Shown here piece after piece: positions 1-14,676 of a stretch of DNA of 64,000 bases. This DNA is from Tubulanus polymorphus. Lineage: Eukaryota; Animalia; Nemertea. The stretch covers positions 10,726,001 to 10,790,000 of the forward strand of contig NC_134028.1 in the NCBI RefSeq assembly GCF_964204645.1, read 5' to 3'. Every line of letters begins with the position of its first letter. The first letter of the stretch is position 1. The translations under genes and the position numbers were made by a program. Under the pieces are notes generated by a model that searched no databases, was not told where the DNA came from, and was given only the letters and a program-made list of their open reading frames with translations.

Positions 1-127
1 CAAAAATTATGAGATATATATAATCCAGAGACAAAGAGACTAATTCAAGTAATTAGAGATGATACAAACTAAAGGAAAATTAACGTAGAAACAGTTACAC
101 GCTAAAATAGATTAAAGGGAAGCAAAC
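1..127 (-). mobile_element. Fragment of the same Penelope pLTR, inserted in the left Polinton copy
   Basis: Near-identical to ~29838-29968. Confidence 0.85.
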
Positions 128-491
128 CATATTAATAATATTCATAATTATTATTTGTAGTAATATCATTTAATGCACCATTATTATCTGGAGATAATTT
201 TGTTTCTGTTATACCTAAATCATCCAATTTTTTTCAATTTGAACATCACTATTTTTAGATTTTATTTTCTTTTCACCACCCATTTTTATAACAAAAAAAT
301 TAGTTGTGTTGTTGCAACTAGAATTCAACTAGAATGTAACTAAATTTAAACTAGATCAACAAGCTAGTTGAAATATTATTGTTTTTATTTATTTCTTGTT
401 GAATTTTATTTGATTTTTGTTTCAACTACCATTAACTAGAATTCAACTAGAATGTAACTAAAAATATACTAGATTAACAAGCTAGTTGAAT

Positions 492-1100
492 TTAAATAAA
501 TTCATATTTATATGGGTGTTGTAATCGAAATAGTAATTTTGATCTTTTATTATTTCTCAATTTATCCATATATTCATTATGTAAATCATGTGGAATAATA
601 TCACTTTCCTCAAGCGCATTTTTCATCGATTTTCTATCTTTATTGTGGAATTATACTAAAAATCTAATGTTTTCTCTAAAATCTTTAACAATTGAATTAT
701 ATTTTTGATATAAAACCCACGTTGTTATCCCAAAATGTCTACCAGAAAAAGCTAAATAACATAATTCACTTTCTCTAATTTATGAATCATGTAAATTTGC
801 ACAATCATCGATAATAAATAATGCATCTGTTCCTTTATATATATCAATTGCTATTTTAATACAATTATCTACATTTTCTATATCTGTTTTAGGATCTAAT
901 ATTATAAATTTATTATCTCTAGTAATATTTCTATCATAAGTTTGATTAAATTCATACGTTGGACAAAATAGTACTATATTATCAAAATAGTTTTTATAAA
1001 CAGTTTCTAATAAATTTAATATAAAATTAGTTTTTTCACAATTTGTTACACCAGAAATTAACATATTATGAGGTTCAAATATAAATAATTCCTTATTCAT
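492..1100 (-). pseudogene. Packaging ATPase (left copy), premature stop at ~780
   Basis: Homolog of 37013-37621. Confidence 0.85.
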
Positions 1101-1101
1101 T

Positions 1102-4100
1102 TATATATTTTTAATTTTACTTGATAATATCCATTCATTGAATTTATCTGGCCATCCAACCCATTTTACTAAAGGATATTTTTATCTTTTAACAGTTTTT
1201 GTTTTTAGTACTTTTTCAATTTTATATTCTTGTTCTAGATTTTCAGTAGTTAAACTTAATTCTTCTTCATAAAAATACCCATCAACTTCTTCACCATCTA
1301 AATCTTCTAATTCATAGACATATGGTTTTTTTGTTATTACCTTTTTTACTTTATATATTTCTCTAGTAAAATTACGATGGTATCCTTTGTCAAATATCTT
1401 TTTATACTTAGAAATTCTAACATTTTGACCAACTTTAAATATAGGTTCACCAAAATCATCTACAAGAAATGCCCCGTATAAATTATTCCAAACAATTTCA
1501 GCATTTTCAGGTTCTCTAGCATCAATAGGTTTTCATTCCAATAGAAGAATGATAAGAATTGTTATAACCTTCTATCAATTTTGGTAAAATATCAACCCAT
1601 TTATAAGTAATATGTCAAAGTCGAAACTTGGTGAAGCGCACAGCCAGTCTTAAGTTCTAATGAATAAATAGAGGCGAGTGCCCTTTCGGCAACTTATATA
1701 GAATTCTACATTGTAAAAAAACATGGTCAGTGGCCAAAAAAATCACCAAAAAAGTAGAAGATCTATTCGACCGAAGATTCGCCGTGATCAGATATATGTA
1801 TAGAAAAATAATTCATTTTTTTTTGCGGAAAAACATGCTTTGGGAGTGTTGATTACAAATTGAAAGCCTTGTTTGTGTTATCTTTCATACGACAATAAAT
1901 CTTTCTGTAACAGCTTTAACAGTTTTATATGTTTTACACAAGATATTTGTTCCCAAGTTCTACATTGTAAAAAATGTAGGTTTTGCTGAAGGAAGGCACC
2001 CGGTGGCGTGACCAAAGAAAATCACCCAAAATATAATAGACCTTCGAGCAAATTAAGGGACCCGTGATTAAATTTAAAAAAATCATTTTCTGCGAAAAAC
2101 AACGTTGGAATTTGGGAATGTTGATAACATATTGAGAGCCTATTGCTTTATCGATTACACGAGATTAAATTTTTCTGTAGTTAAAAAACGTCAGATGTCT
2201 ACAGTAAATCTCATGGCTTCAATAGTTTTATATGTTTTACACTTAAGATTTCTTCCTTAGTATTACAACGGGTTGCATGAGTACGGAATTAATGGAACAA
2301 CGGTATCTTAAATACAGATTCAAGCGTATACGAATTTTACTCGAAACGGAAAAGGGGAATAACGTTTGAAAAACGGGAGTTAAAAACATATAAAGATACG
2401 ATATGTTAAAAAACGCACGGCATTTTACTCCCAGGGATTGGCAAAATTACTTAATTGGCAAAGTTAATTACTCAGTACTTGTGTGGAGCGGGACGGTCAT
2501 TTTGTAACACGCGGACCGCGCACGCGCGTTTTCCCCAATGACTCGACCCTTAGTGATGCTGTGAAACCGGCGCGCTTGTTACTCTAAAAAATTCGACCCG
2601 TTGCTAAGGGACTGTGCTTTTTGTGGGATTCGAATCCAGTCTTCCAATCGGTTTCTACGGAGAAATACGAACTAAAAATTACTTTTTTTGACAATATTTT
2701 GTGAATATTCTTTGTAAATATTCTGAAAATTACACAAAATCATTTTGTTGTCCTTCATTCACCTATTTAAACTACCCGCGGGACGCGGCCCGCAAGTTTC
2801 GACGAAAGTCCGACCGTGACCGTCATTTTCGTTGCTGCGATTTAGCCAATGCCCATGTGTCCCGGATGTAAACTACACGTTTTGAGAAGGACGGTATGGA
2901 GAATTATAGAAAATTTGAGTTTGCCTCATACTCGCGATTAACTTAAGGAGCTTCCAGCCCGCGCCTTCGGCGCTCGCTGTGCGCTTTATATGTCAAAGTC
3001 GAATCTTGGTGAAGCGCACAGCCAGTCTTAAGTTTTAATGAATAAATAGAGGCGAGTGCCCTTTCGGCAACTTATATAGAATTCTACATTGTAAAAAAAT
3101 AGGTTTTGCGTGGGCACCTGTGTTCGGCGAGGTCCGTGGCCAAAGAAAATCACCCAAAATGTCGAAGATCTATTCAAGCGAAGATTCGCCGTGATCAAAT
3201 ACATGTATAGAAAAGGAATTCATTTTTGCGAAAAAAAACATGCTTTGGGAGTATTGATTACAAATTGAAAGCCTTGTTTGTTTTACGACAATAAATCTTC
3301 CTGTATCGTCAGATATGTTCTACGAACGGCTTTAACGGTTTGTATGTTTTACACAAGAAATTTGAAGATTAAAAAAGAAAAAAATCATTTTCTGCGAAAA
3401 ACAACGTGGGAGTTTGGGAATGTTGATTACATATTGTGGAACCTATTGTTTTATCGATTATACGAAAATAAATTTTTCTGTAGTTTAAAAACGTCAGATT
3501 TCTACATTAAATCTCATGGCTTCAATAGTTTGATATGTTTTACACTAAAGATTTGTTCCTAAGTATTACAACGGGTTGCATGGGTACGGAATTAATAGAA
3601 CAACGGTATTTTAAGTACGGATTATAGCGAATTTTACTCGATACGGAAAAGGGGAATAACGTTTGAAAAACGGGAGTAAAAAACACATAAAGATACGATA
3701 TGTTAAAAAACGCATGGCATTTTACTCCCAGGGATTGGCAAAATTTTGAGTTGATTATGCAAAATTTTGAGTTGATTATTCAGTTCTTGTGTGGAGCGGG
3801 ACGGTCATTTTGTAACACGCGCACCGCGCGCGCGTTATTCTCCGGGACTCGACCCTTAGTGATGTTGTGAAACCGGCGCGCTTGTTATTCTAAAAAATTC
3901 GACCCGTTGCTAAGGGACTGTGCTTTTTGTGGGATTCGAATCCAGTCTTCCAATCGGTTTCTACGGAGAAATACGAACTAAAAATAACATTTTTTGACAA
4001 TATTTTGAGGATATTCTTGGTAAATATTCTGAAAATTACACAAAATCATTTTGTTATCCTTCATTCACGTATTTAAACTACCCGCGCGACGCGGCCCGCA

Positions 4101-4920
4101 AGTTTCGACGAAAGTCCGTCCGTGACCGTCATTTTCGTCGCCACGATTTAGCCAATGCCCATGTGTCCCGGATGTAAACTACACTTTTTGAGAAGGACGG
4201 TATGGAGAAATATAGAAAATTTGAATTTGCCTCACACGCGCGATTAACTTAAGGAGCTTCCAGCTCGCGCCTTCGGCGCTCGCTGTGCGCTTATTATTTG
4301 CTGTGAAATATTTTGACATTCTTGTTCTTAATGTTCTTTTAAATCGTTCAACAACTGCTGCTTTTTTATCCGATCTTGTTGAAAAATATTTAATATTATC
4401 AAAATCTAAGAGACCATGAACAAATGAATTATCAAATTCTTTTCCATCATCAAATTGTATTTTTTTCTGGCTTTAGTTTACCACCTGAAAGAAATTTTCT
4501 TAAAACTAGTGATGTTAACATAGCATCTTTTCTATAATAAAGTGGGAAGCTCCATACGTAACGACTAAAAATATCAATTATATTTAATATCCACCAATAA
4601 TCATTATTATCTTTTTTAAGATTTCTCATATCAATTAAATCTCCCTGCCACCATTGATCTACATAACTTACTATAGTTTTACGAGTTTTATATTTTCTAA
4701 CGATTTTTTATGCGTTGTATATGTTGGTTGTTCTATCATAAAATCATTTACATCATTATATTTATGTAACTTTTGTGGTATTATCTTATCTAATTAATTT
4801 ATCATGTTTTACTTGGCGTCATATATTTTTGCTGAAGAATAAGCAACCGAACTCTCAGGGTTATAACATAAATATCTTAAATATTGTTCTTTAGTATTAG
4901 GAGTTTTTTTTATTCCCCAT
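1102..4920 (-). pseudogene. Integrase (left copy) interrupted by 2.7-kb insertion
   Basis: Homologous to 35887-37013 on both sides of 1610-4293. Confidence 0.85.
1610..4293 (-). mobile_element. Tandem dimer of a non-autonomous Helentron/Helitron2-like element
   Basis: Two ~1.35-kb units (1610-2987, 2988-4293). Asymmetric sub-terminal IR AAGCGCACAGC/GCTGTGCGCTT; hairpins GCGCC-TTC-GGCGC and AAGT-CGAA-ACTT; no long TSD. Confidence 0.6.
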
Positions 4921-4950
4921 TTATACATCGTTAATTTTAACTTTATATTT

Positions 4951-6199
4951 CTAATATTGAATACTATCTAATTGAGAATTTTTAATATTTAATTGCGCGT
5001 CAGATATAATATAAATATGCATTTTATAATTTAAACCTCCTTTCTTCTTTTTCATAAATAATTATATTCCATCTTTAGTGTTTTGTAATTTTTTCCCAGA
5101 ACCATGCAATAATTTATCTTCAGTTGTTCTAAAATCTAACCATAATGCAAATTTATTACCGGTATAATTATCAATTTGATTAATATTACAATCTTCAGAT
5201 GATTTTATTTTTTCATTCATAAAATGTTTTTTAATTTCTGCCCATTGATCTATCATTCTCATTCCCCGGCAAAATAATATATTTGCTTTACCTTCGATAG
5301 TTATTTCTTCTTTTGATATTTCAGGATTATAATAACTATCAACTTTTATTGCGCCATTAGAATATGTTGCAATGGTAAAAAATATTAATATACCTTTAAT
5401 AGATCTTCTTGGGAAGTTAATATTCTCATTAATTATTTTATCATTTGCATTAATCGTTACAGTTTTGAATTTATCAATATAATCATATAATAATGAATAT
5501 CCTTGATTGTATTGAGTTTGTGAATTGTGTTAGTAATATTTTGATCAGTTCTGTATCATATTCTAAGCATATATTTGATAATCTATTATCCATATCTTTA
5601 ACAACGCTAGATAATACAATTTCATTAAAAGGAGCAAATGTTATTTCGAATAAAATATCTTCTTCAATTGCATATTTATATAAAGGCGCATTATTATTTA
5701 TAAATTCAAAGTCTAATAGAATTTTATATTTGCTTCCATATATCTTTTTTATCAAATTATCTGCGGCACGAGTTACTATTGTGTCTTTAGCTCCCGATCT
5801 TAATGTATTATGGTTTTCTGATTGGATGCCTTGAAATATCATATTATTTCTATTTTCTTTTGTTAACCATAAATCTTTGTAATGCATAAATAAATTATAA
5901 TCATCCAATGAGAAAATTGTTTCTGGTCCAATCTTTATAGTTAATTTTTTAATCAAATATCTTCCAACATTATCAACAACATCATTATTATTATTAGCAG
6001 TTACTTTTATATCGGCTGATAAATAAATACTATTTGGAACATAAAAAGTATTTTGTGTTAATCGAGGAATTCTAACAGATAAAGTTTCATCGGGATTAAT
6101 ATTAGATGGATTATGAGTAATTATATGATGAGATCTTTCTGCTTTAATAGCATTAGATATTCTTGAATTCTTAGAAGGATTTATGTAACTCCCACTCAT
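4951..6199 (-). pseudogene. Major capsid protein (left copy), frameshifted
   Basis: Homolog of 34607-35856. Confidence 0.7.
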
Positions 6200-9100
6200 T
6201 TATTTAAGAGAAAAATTAATTATTTATTTTTTATTATATTCACTAATCCAAAAATAATTGCCCTTACAACTGTAATTAAAAATAAGATAATATGTTCAGC
6301 GGCAAAGTTAATAATATTTCCACAGATTTCAATATAAAACCAACAATCGATGCAATAATTCCGGGTAAAGCTGCTGCAGATTTTTTAGATAGTTCCCATA
6401 GATATTTTTCTAATTTTTTTTAAACCATCTTTCACTTTATCTTGTATAGAATTATTATTATTTGGCGGTTTACCCGGTTTATTTGGAGTAGGCGCAGATT
6501 TCAGTGAATTTGATATTGCTAAACCAATTGTTGTAAATAACATAGTTACAGCTGTTAGAATTGAAAGAATTGAATTGTTATACTTTCTTACTTAAATAAT
6601 AACTTTATTCTATCTTTTAATGATATATATCAGAATTTGGTTTTATTAACAAATCTTTAAAAATAACTTTTAATCTATTTATATTATAATCATATGATTT
6701 TCATGATAATTCAATTATAAATATATTCATTATATTATAAATATTGTTTTACTAAATCTGGATTTTCATTTTCAGCATTTATTCTCGATTTAGTTTTTAT
6801 TTTATCAGACTCGTCTGTTGAAGGGGCTTTAGAACCACTACCTGCTAAATTAGAATTATACGCTGATCCATCATCATTATCAAGATTAGTTTCATTAAAA
6901 TCAGGTTGTGGTTCATCAGGTATAATTCCTTCATTATTATTTCCCATTTCTCCCATTTCATGAGCTTCTCCACCTTCTACATCCATTTATATCTTATAAA
7001 AATTAAAATTAAAAATATAATATTCCCCCTATTACAATTCCTATACAAGTTATGGCTAATTTAGTATTTTCATGGGTTTATTATCATTATTAGTTTTAAT
7101 TATATCAGTTTTTATATTTTCTGATGTATTGTAATCTTTTATTTTAGAATCATTATTTAATTTAATATTCTTAGTTTTAGTTTCAGTTGATTGAATATAT
7201 TTTTTAATTTTTCCACCTTCCATTAGTTTTGGAGCTGTAATAATCTTTTTATTCATATCATTTAACCCAAAATTATTATCTATTGTTGCAGTTTTAATCA
7301 AATTATTATAACCGATTATATTCCCCATTTTTAATATTAAATCATCAGAAATAATCAATAAATTAGGACCCATACAATAGTCTAATCTTACATGTGATTC
7401 ATCTAAATAATATTGATATCTTACTATATTTTCTGGAATCGATCTATTTTTATCATTATGGATTGAATCTTCAAATCTTATTGTTCCAAGTTTCTAAAAT
7501 CAGAATTATTTATATCTATATTAAATTCATTACAAATTTTATAAAACTTTGATAAATCAATATTATTATCTAATTCTTTAAAAATCTAGATCCTGGTAAA
7601 GGGGTGTCTAATTCATTTAATATTAATCTTATTTGAAAGTATGTATGAAATCTAAATAAACTTTGAATTAATTTATATTTAGAATTATTCAAATGATCAT
7701 TCCAACTTATTCCACATCCTGTTGTTGCGCAATAAACTGCAAGATTTAATTGGTTCTGCCAATACTTCATATTAGATTTTAATAACCATTGTTTTTCATC
7801 TTTCAATTTTTTAAAATTTATCAAATATACATGAAATATATTTTCCATCTTTGCATTAAAATTATTAGTTTCAGTAATATAAATATCTAAATTAATTAAT
7901 GAATTTAAAACTTCATTTCTATATGTGATATTATTATTAAAATCTATTGCAGGAATATTATATTTAATTGATTAATTATATTGGAAAGCTTTTGGAAAAC
8001 AATCTGCCATTTATATATTTAGAAATTAATAATTAATTAATTCTTTTAATAATTTATCTTGTTCATCAATTGTTATATTACCATTTAAACTTATTATAGA
8101 ATCTAGTGTATTTTTTATTTTATTAATTTCTTTTATATTAGATTTTATTTTTTCATTATTACTTTTTATATTCAATTTTGAACTTATTCCGGTTAAAACA
8201 CTTGAACTTATAGTCCAGGAGCTAGCCCACATTTAATCAACAGTTTTAGTCAAGAAGGTTTGAGTTGTGGAATGTCAAGGGTGGCCCATATCTACTTAGG
8301 AAAGGAACGTCTTAAGTTTCAAAGCTGTGCCTGCGGGGGGTAGGTGGGCCCCAAAAATTCCCAAAAAATCGTTTTAATCAACAGTTTTTGTCCAGCATTA
8401 ATTTCAACATAAATCAGTACGGCATGGGCCAACTAAAATAAAATCATAACTTAAGACGAAATTTTCTGTGCCTAGGGTCCCTTAAGACCCTCTTTTTTCG
8501 GGGGCCTAGGGCACTTTTAATCAACAGTTTTTGTCCAGGTCTGATTCTACCTCAGAATCATAGTATTTTATGTGCTGATTCAGAAAATGTAACTTAAGAC
8601 GAGATTTTCCGTGCCTAGCCCCACTTAAGACACCCTTAAAACCCCCTAATGCCCCCTTTTGTCAAAAAACTGGCTTTAATCAACAGTTTTTGTCCAGCAT
8701 TAATTTCAACATAAATCAGTAGGGCATGGGCCAACTGAAATAAAATCAAAACTTAAGACGAAATTTTCTGTGCCTAGGGTCCCTTAAGACCCCCTTTTTG
8801 AGGGGCCTAGGGTACTTTTAATCAACAGTTTGTGTCCAGGTCTGATTCTACCTCAGAATCATAGTATTTTATGTGCTGATTCAGAAAATGTAACTTAAGA
8901 CGAGATTTTCCGTGCCTAGGTCCACTTAAGGGACCCTTAAAACCCCCTAATGCGGCTTTTTGTAAAAAAAAACTGGCTTTTGTCAACAGTTTTTGTCTAG
9001 ATTAATACAGCGTAAATCAATGATAGAACAATAACTTAAGATGACATTAATTGTGCCTAGAGCATTATTTATCTTTCATTCAACAGGTTCTGTCTGATTG

Positions 9101-9423
9101 TACCACGGAATTAGAAGTATTTCTTAAGACAGGAGCTGGCATGGTTAACTGTACTTAAGCCATGACCTATCCCTGTACAACCCAAGTTTTGATCAATTAT
9201 ATTGTTAGCCCACTACACTGCAGATGTCATATTGTTGTTATGAGAACCAGAATCACCAATTCAATATATGCATATCTTCAAGTTTAGATCATGAATGTTT
9301 AATGTGTGCTTAAATTAATGCTGTGTTTAATTCAAGCGCAGGATTAATTCCAGGCTTATTAAAAGGTAGGTTTTCTGTTTTATCTTTCAAGTAACATGAT
9401 TTAAAAATAAAGTACGAATATAA

Positions 9424-9570
<147 letters not shown>

Positions 9571-10328
9571 CGCTCCTTAGACAGTAAAAGTATACTTTGT
9601 GCAAAATGTACTAAGTCTCCAGTGCGGGGGTCGGGGCTGAGAAGTTTATGCAGCGTTATAATGACCTGTTACGCTGATCGTGTCATCCAATATGGAAGGT
9701 GTTAATTTTGATAATTCTATTCAAAAAAAATAACAGAACATCGAAATATTCTTGTTTTTTCCCCCGATTGACTAAATATGATTTCTTTATAGATGGAAGA
9801 ACAAAAGTCAGAAAGTAGTGGTCAGCATCAAGCGCTAGAAAGCATTGTGCAGCCTCAAGCACAAGAAAGCACTGAACAGCCTCAAGCAAGTACTATTAAT
9901 GGTGAGCTTTCATATTTCAAACATATATGTATATTTTTTCATATATGAGCATACATACATGTTCATAGTATTCCGACCCCCCAATTGTTAGACACGTTAG
10001 CATAAGGTTAGGTTTAGGGATAGGTTTAGGGTTGTCATTAGGGTTTAGCTTTAGGATTGGGGTTTGTTTATTTGTATGGAATGTGTGACATAGTTGTCGG
10101 ACTAGTGTGGTGTCATAATCATAATCACATGGAGGTACCACTAATATTGGCAAAATATATGACAATTAATATAAAACTAATTGCAGGTTCACATAAGAAT
10201 CATCTTATACTGAGTATCACATAGTTAGCAACAATGACCAGGTTTGACTTGGCCCTATCATAAACATTTATTACCCTGGTAAATAAAGTAATGTAAATTT
10301 GTTTTGTAGATGGTGGTTCTGAAATTGT

Positions 10329-13300
10329 ATGTGTGTTACATATCCCAATAGCAATTTCACAGCAATTCCAACCCAAGATCAGAAAAAAATTACTGATTCC
10401 TCGAAACATTTGCGTTCGCAGACTCCAACTACATCCATTGTGTCTGAAAGCGACACTAACAGGGGGATTTTTCCAAAATTGTGCGTATTCTGTAATCAGG
10501 CTCGCTCACGTAGAAGGAGAGGCAAGCCTGCCGAGACTTTGAGTACATGTGTGACAGAAACTACTGAGGAAAGCATCAGGAGGACAGCTGCTTATCTACA
10601 GGATGATGCAATGTTAGCAAAGATTTCAGGAGTGGATTTGATTGCCAAAGAATTGAAATATCACCAGTCGTGTAAAAACAATTATGTCAAATCAGCAGAA
10701 CGAAATAAAACTCAAGACGAAAACGTGACAACCCAGCATGCTCGTTCATCATTTGAAAATATCTGTAATTACATAAAGGAATCCGTTATTGAAAATAAGA
10801 GACCTGAACTTTTGAGTTCTATTTACTCACAGTATATATCTTTTTGTGATGATGTTGATGAAGAGCCATTGGCTAATGCTCAGACATTATCAAGGTCTGT
10901 CCTAGATAGGTTTCGTGGTCGTTTGAAGTCAATGCACTCAGATTCGAAGAAAAAGGGTGCCATCATTTATAGTTCTGACATGGCACAAGAAGCTATTAAA
11001 GCCGCGTACGATTTCACACAATCACAAGAAGCAGCAGTTATAATGGTAGCCTTGCTTCTCAGAAAGACTTTGAAAAAGGTAGTAAAATCACCATTTCCAG
11101 AATCTCCAACTGAAGATGATATAAATGCAGGTGAAGCTGCACCACCCGATCTCGTAAAAACATTCTTTAATATTCTATATGGTGGCCCAAATGTAAAAAA
11201 CACACTCGCAAAATTAAGCGCCTGGCTGAATCCTATTCTCAGGATGCCCTATTCAATGTACATGCTGGGCATATTAAACCTACTAAACATGTTCTGTTAG
11301 GTATTTCAGCAAAGTCCATGACTGGTAGTAAGAAATTAGTATCTTTTTTGAATAGGTTAGGTCATTCTATTAGTTACAGTTGTGTCGAAGAGAATGAGAC
11401 AGCATCGGGTTCAGCTATACTTTCTCGCCAAAACACATGCCCAGAAGACACACTAAAACATGTGTCAATGGGTCTAGCGTTCGACAATTACGATGAGTTG
11501 ACGAATACTCTTTCGGGTGCTGATACATTGCACGATACTATGGGTATATTGTATCAGAACATCAACGAAAGAGATGAGCCCTTACTTGCAGTTGCTAGAA
11601 ACAAAGGTGGTCGGATGGCCAAAAAGAGAAAGCTTGTGTTTGACGAGACAGACATTGAACTTTACCGAAAAAGACCAAAAATGACTTGCTTTCAATATGA
11701 TCAGACAGATGTATCTCCTTACAACAATGATAAAAGTGATTTGCTGGATTTGGTTTGGATGATGTCTCATGCATTAAAAGTTCCTAGCATGCCTATGTGG
11801 GTTGGATTCAATTCGAAGCTAGTTTTAGACAAATTGCCAATGCAGAAAGTTTCGTACATGGCGAACCTTCGGCAACCAATAACTGAGCTTGATGTAGTCC
11901 AGGAGACACTCAACATTACCAGACGCTGTGCAGATGAAGTTTCTCTTGATTATGGAATAGTCACTTATGATCTCAATGCAGCTAAGCCTGCCTTGCAAAT
12001 CCAGGCTACCGAAATGCCTAAATACAACAAAGTATTTGTTATGATTGGCCAGTTTCACACCGAAATGGCATTCTTTAAAGCACTTGGCAAATTAATGACA
12101 GAGTCTGGAGGCCCATCATTATTAACAGAAAGTGGTGTTTTGGCACCTGGTTCTCTCAAGGGCTTCTTGACTGCTAAAAACTTCAACCGCTGCAAACGAA
12201 TCCATCCACTCCTCGCACTTGCCATTGAAAGTCGTCACTTTCTTAAGTTCATTGAAAACTATGAAAGCCGCAGTGACGTGTTCAGAATAGTGTCCTCGCT
12301 GAAGGAATTTTGGCAGAGAATCTTGGGAATTAGTAGAGTCGTCTGATATAATCAAGGTATGTGTAGAAAAGTATTCCAAGTTCTGTGATGATACCAAGAA
12401 AGGACTACATGGTGCAACAGCTCAATTCTGGTTTATGTACGTGGAATATATACACTGATCCCACAGACTGGACAGGTCTATTCGAACTAATGAAGTTGAA
12501 GATTTCATTCGGGCTTTGTCACCAATTACCCACTTGTTCTTCATGACCAACCATGTTATCTACGCACGGTGGCTTACCAAATTTCAGATGGACTTGTTAA
12601 ACATTGATAGTTCACATCCCGGATTGCGTGATCAGCTAGATCAAGGTGCCTTTTTTGTTAGACGTACATGCCATGAATTCAGTAGGTTGCCTGTTGACCT
12701 CACACTCGAGCAAACAATAATGCAGATGCTGCTTCTAGGTCAACAGGTTGTGCATCAATAACTAATAACTATATTGCTAGACTCCGCTGGATGGTAACCA
12801 AAGCAAGCCGGGCATCAATCATTGAGAAGATGCAGGAAATGGTAGAAATTACATCAAAAGAAGATATCACAGCTGATCTGCGACAATCCAGACTGAAGCG
12901 AAATAATCTAGATCTCCAGAAATTGGTTGATCAGATTCAGAATACATTTGATCCATTCCAGGAAGTTGATAACCAAGAAGTTCTCTTCAATTTGTACACT
13001 GGTAGACCTGCATCCGATGATGTTAAGGACTTCTTGTTTAAAGGTTCCAGAAAAAGGAAAAGAAAGACACCAGAAATTTGTAAATGAATGTGTGGCGGAT
13101 CCTAGTAGGTTTGAACAAGCTATCAGTTAAGTTAAGCTAGTCACCTTTAAGAAGGAGTGTGCGCGAAATGTCCGAGGCATCGATAAAAAGGTAGATGAGC
13201 TTAGATGTACACGGGATTTGATGGGACGCCTGACAGTGATTGCAATGGACAAAAAGCTTGACCTTCAGGATATCATGAGCTATCCTCTCACGCCTGTTCC

Positions 13301-14676
13301 TCTAAGCATGTGTTCGACTGATGGATCAATGGTGAAAACTGACAAGAGTACGTTGTTTGCCGAGTTGGAAAAGAAAGTCCAGCCATCACAGCCGCAGTCA
13401 AAGAATGCAGTTATGGTTGATGGGAATTTCCTCCTCCATATGGTTGTAGCAAAGAAAGGAATGAGTTATGGCCAACTTGCCCGTGTAATTCTCATTCGAA
13501 TAACTGCTCTCTCCAGACATCGCGTGGACGTCCTTTTTGACACTTACCAAGAACCGTCCATCAAAGGCTCTGAAAGATTACGCAGGAATGCAAGTGACCG
13601 AGAGTTTCTGATAACGGGACCAGAACAAAGGTGCCCTCTCAACCTCAATGAAGCATTGAAGTCAAATACATTCAAACAGAGGCTACCACATTTCCTGGCT
13701 AACGAGTGGGAAAAAAATGAATACAGTGAAATTATTGGCAGTAAAGAGATCGACTTGGGATATGCTGAAACTTGCCATAAATATTTGGTTACTGCAGGAC
13801 GCATTATCAGGAACACGGTAGAGAATTTTGTGTGCAATCACTTCGAGGCTGACACCAGGATCTGTCTACATGCAAAGGATGCAGATAGGTCAAATGTTAG
13901 AGATATCATAATCCGTGCTTCAGACACTGATATAGCCATAATAATGATACACCATGCAAAAACTTTCAAAGCAAAATTATGGATGGATGTCGGAACGAGC
14001 AGTAGTAACAATCGAAGATATATTTGTATTTCTGACATTTCAAAAGACATTGGAGAAACGATGTGTGATGCTTTACCAGCATTCCACGCGTATACAGGAT
14101 CAGACTACACGTCTGCATTTACCAGAAAAGGCAAAATAAGGCCTTTCAGACATCTCGAAAAAAATTAGAAAATACAAAAAGCATTTGCTTCCCTCTGCTA
14201 TGAAGAAAGTCCAACCAGCAGTACCATAAAAGCCATTGAACACTTTACCAGCTCAATGTATGGATCCAAAAAGGATGACAGCTCATTGAATGATCATCGG
14301 TTTCAAGTTGTTCTCAAAGCGTATGGACCAAAACCAGGAGGAAATAATCCATTGGGTAATTTAAAGGGGGTTGATGGATCCAACATTCCACCATGTCTGG
14401 CTGAACTTACACCCCACATACAAAGAGTATCATTTGTCACTCGCATGTGGCACAGCGCTTATAGATGCCAGCTCGTTCAAAATCCAAAAGAGAACGATGG
14501 ATGGTATTGACAATGATAGGTATGATCTGGTGATGTTTCAAGGTAATCAATGTCTGGAAAATCCCATTGACAATAGTGACCTTGCGAGTGACGACGTAGG
14601 TGATGACGAATCTGAAGTTTATGAAACGGATGAGAGTGATTCATCTTCAGCCGAAGATGAATCCGATGATGACTGA
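10329..14676 (+). pseudogene. Academ transposase fused to XPG/FEN1-like nuclease, frameshifted
   Basis: C..C..YH..C finger; AFDNYD, VTYDL, GQFH, DLTLEQT (DDE-like); VDG, FDTY..SIK..ER, HFEADTRI, SDTDI, HAYTGSDYTSAF.RKGK (XPG/H3TH). Confidence 0.85.

Noticed and set aside
8370-8975. CRISPR-like or satellite array
   Set aside because: These are ~300-bp sub-repeats within Academ TIRs; no spacers; eukaryotic context
10003-10062. Telomere-like TTAGGG/TTTAGG repeats
   Set aside because: Short and degenerate, inside a transposon; not a telomere
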